Assembly (NCBI GenBank): GCA_033762915.1
Contig: JANRLD010000081.1
Span: 1-64,000, forward strand
Length of the DNA stretch: 64,000 nucleotides
Direction of reading: 5' to 3'
Origin: Meiothermus sp.
GTDB lineage: Bacteria; Deinococcota; Deinococci; Deinococcales; Thermaceae
Below are positions 59,609 through 64,000 of this stretch, piece by piece (the stretch's first letter is position 1; each line of letters opens with the position of its first letter). The notes below the pieces were generated by a model. The model was not told the origin of the DNA and made no database searches. It saw only the letters and a program-made list of their open reading frames with translations. Made by a program: the position numbers and the translations under genes.

Positions 59609-59814
59609 AGGTCTGGGTGGGCTGGGGGCTCGAGGACTCACAGGGGAGGCCAAGAATAGACTACCCCCGTCGTGCCCCAGAACCACCGCGCCCCCAGCCT
59701 CCCGGGGCAGGCGGCCCAGCACAGGGAGTCTTCCGACCTCGAGCGCTCTTCGGTTTTCCGCTCACCGCGCACCGCTCATTGCTCCCCCCCGGACTCGAGG
59801 TAATCTATCCCCCG

Positions 59815-61296
59815 ATGAGTCTGCCCCGCCCCGAGACCTCCCCAGCCGCGCAAACCCCCGTGGCGATCCGCCTCGAGGGGGTCTCGCTCGGATTCGACGG
59901 GCAGGAGGTGCTCAAGGGGGTGAACCTCGAGGTGCGCCGGGGCGAGTTCATCGCCATCCTGGGGCCGTCGGGCGGGGGCAAGAGCACCCTGCTACGGATC
60001 GTGGCGGGGCTGCTGGGCGCGAGCGAGGGGAAAGTGGAGGTGCGGGGCGAGAGCGCGATGGTGTTCCAGGACTACCGGCTGCTGCCCTGGCGCACCGTCA
60101 AACAGAACATCGGCCTGCCCATCGAGCTGACCGGGCGCGGCAGGATCGAGACTCACCTGGGCATGGAGCGCTTCGGACACCTCTACCCGCACCAGCTTTC
60201 CGGCGGCATGAAGGCCCGGGTGGCCATCGCCAGGGCGCTGGCCCAGGACGCCGAGGTGCTGCTGATGGACGAGCCCTTCGCGGCCCTCGACGCGCTGGTG
60301 CGCGAGCGCTTCAACCTCGAGCTCAGGCAGCTCCACCAGCGCACCGGCAAGACCGTGCTGTTCGTCACCCACTCCATCCGCGAGGCGGTCTACCTGGCCG
60401 ACCGGGTGGTGGTGCTGAAGGGCGGGCGGATCGAGACCATCCTCGACACCCAGGGCGAGGGGCGGCTCACCGCCTTCGACGTGGGCCTCGAGGCCGAGCT
60501 GCGCGAGCGGCTGGGCGTGGCCGACTCGACCTTCGTGGAGCCGCCGCCCAGGCCCCTGCGCCCGCCCTGGGAGTTGTTCGGGGTGATCGGCCTGACCGCG
60601 CTGTTCTTCCTGGCCTGGGGGCTGATGGCAGCCAGGGTGCCGGTCTTTGTGCCCTCGCCCGCCCAGACCGCCGAGGCCATCGTTCAGAACCTCGGCCTGC
60701 TGCTGGCAAACGCCGGAGCCACCTTGCAGGTGGCCGGGCTGGGGATACTTTGCTCGCTCTTAATCGGGCTACCGGTGGGCTACGTGATGGGGCGCAGCCA
60801 GGCCCTGGAGCGGCTTCTCTCCCCCTTTATCGTGGCCCTCCAAGCCGTCCCGACCATCATCATCGCGCCGCTGCTGATCATCTGGTTCGGCTACGGGCTG
60901 GGCTCCAAGGTCACCATCGCCACGCTGATCTCAATCTTCCCGGTGATGGTGTCCGGGCTGATCGGGGTGCGCGAGGTGGATCGTACCTTCCGCGAGGTCT
61001 TGAAGACGATGGGCTCGAGCGGCTGGGGGGTGTTCACCAAGCTCGAGGTGCCCGGGGCGCTGCCGGTGATCCTGGGCGGTCTGCGGCTGACGGTCTCGCT
61101 GGCGCTGATCGGGGCAGTGGTGGCGGAGTTTGTGCTGGGCGCACCGGGCCTGGGCGCGATGGCCAGCAGCGAGCGGCTGAACTTCCGCTACGCCAACTCC
61201 TTCGCGGCGGTGGCGGTGACGGTACTGCTGGGGATCGGGCTGTACGGGCTGGTGGCGCTGATCGAGAGCTATGTGCTGCGCTACCGGCGCAAGTAG
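59815..61296 (+). CDS. Fused ABC importer ATPase and permease (NitT/TauT family)
   Basis: GPSGGGKST, LLPWRTV, LSGGMK, DEPFAALD, then LQAVP..PLLIIWFG and an EAA-like loop in one frame. Confidence 0.9.
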   Translation: MSLPRPETSPAAQTPVAIRLEGVSLGFDGQEVLKGVNLEVRRGEFIAILGPSGGGKSTLLRIVAGLLGASEGKVEVRGESAMVFQDYRLLPWRTVKQNIGLPIELTGRGRIETHLGMERFGHLYPHQLSGGMKARVAIARALAQDAEVLLMDEPFAALDALVRERFNLELRQLHQRTGKTVLFVTHSIREAVYLADRVVVLKGGRIETILDTQGEGRLTAFDVGLEAELRERLGVADSTFVEPPPRPLRPPWELFGVIGLTALFFLAWGLMAARVPVFVPSPAQTAEAIVQNLGLLLANAGATLQVAGLGILCSLLIGLPVGYVMGRSQALERLLSPFIVALQAVPTIIIAPLLIIWFGYGLGSKVTIATLISIFPVMVSGLIGVREVDRTFREVLKTMGSSGWGVFTKLEVPGALPVILGGLRLTVSLALIGAVVAEFVLGAPGLGAMASSERLNFRYANSFAAVAVTVLLGIGLYGLVALIESYVLRYRRK

Positions 61297-61377
61297 GGCA
61301 GGGCGGCAACAAGACCCGAAGCCGCCCCACCCACATTCCATGCTGTGCGCCCTGGCTCGAGCCGCCTATGTTGCGAT

Positions 61378-61487
61378 GTTGCGCCAGGGCAGATTTGCAA
61401 GACCAGCGAACGCCGAAAACGCGTTTCTGGCGCAATTCCCTACGGGTGTTTCGGGGCGGGTTCCTGCATTTCAACTATGGAGATACT
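61378..61487 (-). repeat. Dispersed palindromic repeat, module A (copy 5)
   Basis: Inverted near-identical copy of 51826-51935. Confidence 0.9.
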
Positions 61488-61566
61488 TAGGGCGAGCTCA
61501 GAGGGGGCAACCGTTGCGGGCCGGGCGTAACTCGGGGCATCTCGCGGCTCAACTGTTGCGACGCTT

Positions 61567-61641
61567 AGAGCGGTTCCCCCGCATACTCCCTACGGCGCTA
61601 AAGCGGGCGGTTTTTGCTGTAGGGAGTACATTACCTGCCGC
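61567..61641 (+). repeat. Dispersed repeat, module B (right end missing)
   Basis: AGAGCGGTTCCC..ATACTCCCTAC..GCGGTTTTTGCTGTAGGGAGTACATTACCTGCCGC shared with 30522-30584. Confidence 0.85.
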
Positions 61642-61667
61642 TGTGATCGAGCTATCCTGCCCTCCTT

Positions 61668-62171
61668 CTACTCTAATCCCACAGAAACGCGATAAAGCCC
61701 TTTCGACATCACCGTGTTGACCCGCCCCCAGAACTCCAGCCGCTCCACCTCGGCCCAGCCGCGCTTGGCGTAGAACTCCGCCCGGTCGGCGGTGTGCAGG
61801 TAGATGCGCCCGAAGTCCTGCGCCTTGGCTTCCTGCTCGACCCGGGCCAGCAGCTTCCCCGCCAAACCTTTACCCCGGTGCTCGGGCAGGGTGTAGACCG
61901 AGGCCAGCCAGGGCGACCAGTCGTCGCGGGGCGGGAAGTCGGTCAGGTCGAGGCTGGCGGTGGCGGCGGGTAGGCCCCCCTCGAGCAGCACAAAGGTAGT
62001 CATCAGGCCGCCGCGGTTACCCTCCTGGACGAACTCGAGCCACTCCCCGAAGGCCATGCCCACAAACGCGTAGGGAAACTCCTCGAAAATCCACCGGCTG
62101 ACCTGTGGATAAAGCTGTGGATAGTCGCGCAGGTAGACGATCTGCATAGGTCTATTCTCTGTCGCGCTCAC
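61668..62171 (-). CDS. GNAT family N-acetyltransferase
   Basis: PWLASVYT.PEHRGKGLA, LHT..FYAKRGW; start may be 62147. Confidence 0.9.
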   Translation of the reverse strand: MSATENRPMQIVYLRDYPQLYPQVSRWIFEEFPYAFVGMAFGEWLEFVQEGNRGGLMTTFVLLEGGLPAATASLDLTDFPPRDDWSPWLASVYTLPEHRGKGLAGKLLARVEQEAKAQDFGRIYLHTADRAEFYAKRGWAEVERLEFWGRVNTVMSKGLYRVSVGLE

Positions 62172-62607
62172 GCCGATTCAGCAGGTGAAACGCGAACTCG
62201 TAGAGCAGTTCCGGGCGCTCGGCCTCGAGCCGCTGCAAGAAGCGGTACAGCTCCTCGTCCGAGAGTTGCTGGAGGGCCTCGAGGTTGATTGGGCTGTCCT
62301 TGCCCAGCTTCTTGCTGGCGAACAGTTCGGGGGCCTCGAGGGCCGCAAAGGCCACAGCGGCGACGTGCTTGCAAACCAGCCCGGGGTAGGGGCAGGTGCA
62401 ACTCCACTCGCCCTTGGCGAAGGCGATCTCCACCCGGTAGGGGAACGGCAGACTCCCGCGCACCCTGGCCTGCAGCCGGTTGCGCCCCCGGGCGGCCTCG
62501 AGCACCGCCCCCCTGAGGAAGAGCTCCTTACCCCGCTCGAGGATCGGCTCTTCGGCAAGGTCTAGGAGGGTCTGGAGCTCGAGGCGCACGGCCCTATTCT
62601 CCCGCAT
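62152..62607 (-). CDS. SWIM zinc finger protein
   Basis: RGKELF, ARVRGS.PY.V, CTCP..VCKHVAAV; start uncertain. Confidence 0.85.
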   Translation of the reverse strand: MRENRAVRLELQTLLDLAEEPILERGKELFLRGAVLEAARGRNRLQARVRGSLPFPYRVEIAFAKGEWSCTCPYPGLVCKHVAAVAFAALEAPELFASKKLGKDSPINLEALQQLSDEELYRFLQRLEAERPELLYEFAFHLLNRRERDRE

Positions 62608-62849
62608 TTTGCGGGGCCGATGGCTCGAGGGGCCGCGCCGCCGTTTCCGCCCGGCCTCCCTTGACGATTCATCGGCGCGGATGGCAGAATCGTAAGGTTC
62701 CACTCGGCGGGGTCGGCGTTATACAGGCTAGGCGACAGGAAGTTCAAGCTCTCTATCCGGTATTCCTTAGGGCGCATCAAGGCGGGGCTTGCGTGCTGGC
62801 CACACCAGCGCGTTCAAAGTCGTGTCTTCGACACGCCGAGTGAGGTGGA

Positions 62850-64000
62850 ATGGCGATACAGAGTTACGGCCGGCTGCTGGCCACATACCTCCGGCCGCAC
62901 CGCCCCAAGGTGGCCCTGCTGGCGGTCTGCCTGCTGGGCTCCATCGGGATGCAGCTCCTCACGCCACAGATCGTGCGGCAGTTCATAGACGCGGCCGGGG
63001 CGGGGACGCCGCTGGAGACCCTGACCCGCCTGGCGCTCTTGTTCCTGGGGGCAGCGCTCCTCAACCAGCTCCTCTCGGCGGCCTCGACCTACCTCTCAGC
63101 AGACGTGGGCTGGAGTTCGACCAACGCCCTGCGCGTAGACCTCTTCCGCCACGCCCTGCGCCTGGACATGGCCTACCACAAGGCCCGCACCCCCGGCGAG
63201 ATGATCGAGCGCATCGACGGCGACGTGACCCACATCGCCAACTTCTTCGCGCAGTTTCTGGTGCGGGTGGGCGGGGCGCTGCTCCTGGTGCTGGGGATTC
63301 TGGTGCTGCTGTGGCTCGAGAGCCCCGCGGTGGGGGCGACCCTCACCGCCTACGTGGCCGTCGTGATCTGGGTGCTCAACAACCGCCGCGAGGTAGCGGT
63401 GCCCGCGACCAAGCTCGAGCGCCAAGCCAACGCCGAGGCCTTCGGCTTCATCGAGGAGCGGCTCTCGGGCCTCGACGACATCCGCGCCAACGGGGCGGGC
63501 CGCTACGTGATGCACCGCTTCCGCGAGGTGCAGCGGAGCTGGTACTTCACTGCGCTCAAGGCGTGGCTCTTGCGCAGTTCGATCTGGGTCTACACGCTCT
63601 CGCTGTTCGCGGTGGGGTACGTGCTGATGTTCGCCTTCGGGATCAACCTCTTCGCGGCGGGGGGCATCACCCTGGGGACGGCCTACCTCTTCTTCAACTA
63701 CATGAGCATGCTCGAGGGGCCGCTGGAGCAGATCACCCAGCAGCTCCAGGAGTTCCAGCAGGCCGGGGCAGGGATGCAACGGGTCACCGAGCTGCAAAAC
63801 GAGCGGCGGGAGGTGCCCGACGGCAGCCGGAGCCTGGGGGGCGGGGCGCACGCCGTGGAGTTGCGCAAGGTGCGGTTCGCCTACGAAGACCAGGACGTTT
63901 TGAAGGGCCTGAGCTTCCGGCTGGAGCCCGGCCAGAGCATGGGCCTGCTGGGCCGCACCGGCAGCGGCAAAACGACCTTGATCCGCCTGCTGTTCCGCCT
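62850..64000 (+). CDS. ABC exporter (TMD-NBD fusion), truncated by window end
   Basis: MAIQSYGRLLATYLRP.., TPGEMIERIDGD, Walker A GRTGSGKTT at the window end; GAGGTGG RBS. Confidence 0.9.
   Translation, partial: MAIQSYGRLLATYLRPHRPKVALLAVCLLGSIGMQLLTPQIVRQFIDAAGAGTPLETLTRLALLFLGAALLNQLLSAASTYLSADVGWSSTNALRVDLFRHALRLDMAYHKARTPGEMIERIDGDVTHIANFFAQFLVRVGGALLLVLGILVLLWLESPAVGATLTAYVAVVIWVLNNRREVAVPATKLERQANAEAFGFIEERLSGLDDIRANGAGRYVMHRFREVQRSWYFTALKAWLLRSSIWVYTLSLFAVGYVLMFAFGINLFAAGGITLGTAYLFFNYMSMLEGPLEQITQQLQEFQQAGAGMQRVTELQNERREVPDGSRSLGGGAHAVELRKVRFAYEDQDVLKGLSFRLEPGQSMGLLGRTGSGKTTLIRLLFR

Noticed and set aside
170..61487. Module A repeats as a CRISPR array
   Set aside because: Copies are dispersed over kilobases, there is no repeat-spacer periodicity and no cas genes

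Overview
GC-rich bacterial chromosomal window, most likely Deinococcota (Meiothermus/Calidithermus-like). This is inferred from a Gfh1-type Gre factor, an APRT/APRT-homolog pair, a Thermus-type c552 cytochrome and many apparently leaderless genes. It holds about 55 genes: housekeeping loci (moaB, lptB, gfh1, carD, ppk1, alaS), an uncharacterised GntR-linked catabolic cluster (6981-16640), a G8/CEMIP-like lipoprotein, a YtrA-type GntR export locus with three ABC systems and two TolC-like genes, and a frameshifted APC permease next to a GlnA-like ligase. I found no rRNA, tRNA, CRISPR array, transposase, integrase or reverse transcriptase. The unusual signals are mostly structural. (1) The palindrome CTCGAG is strongly over-represented, like cyanobacterial HIP1. 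(2) alaS carries an AT-rich ~90-codon in-frame insert bracketed by 11-bp CTCGAG-containing direct repeats. (3) alaS has a terminator-like leader with a uORF and a stand-alone EF-G domain IV-like gene upstream. (4) 7-nt-period inverted arrays fill most intergenic gaps and flank a decayed four-helix-bundle gene. (5) A modular family of palindromic non-coding repeats sits next to TAG stop codons. All family calls are from motif recognition by eye; no database search was run.
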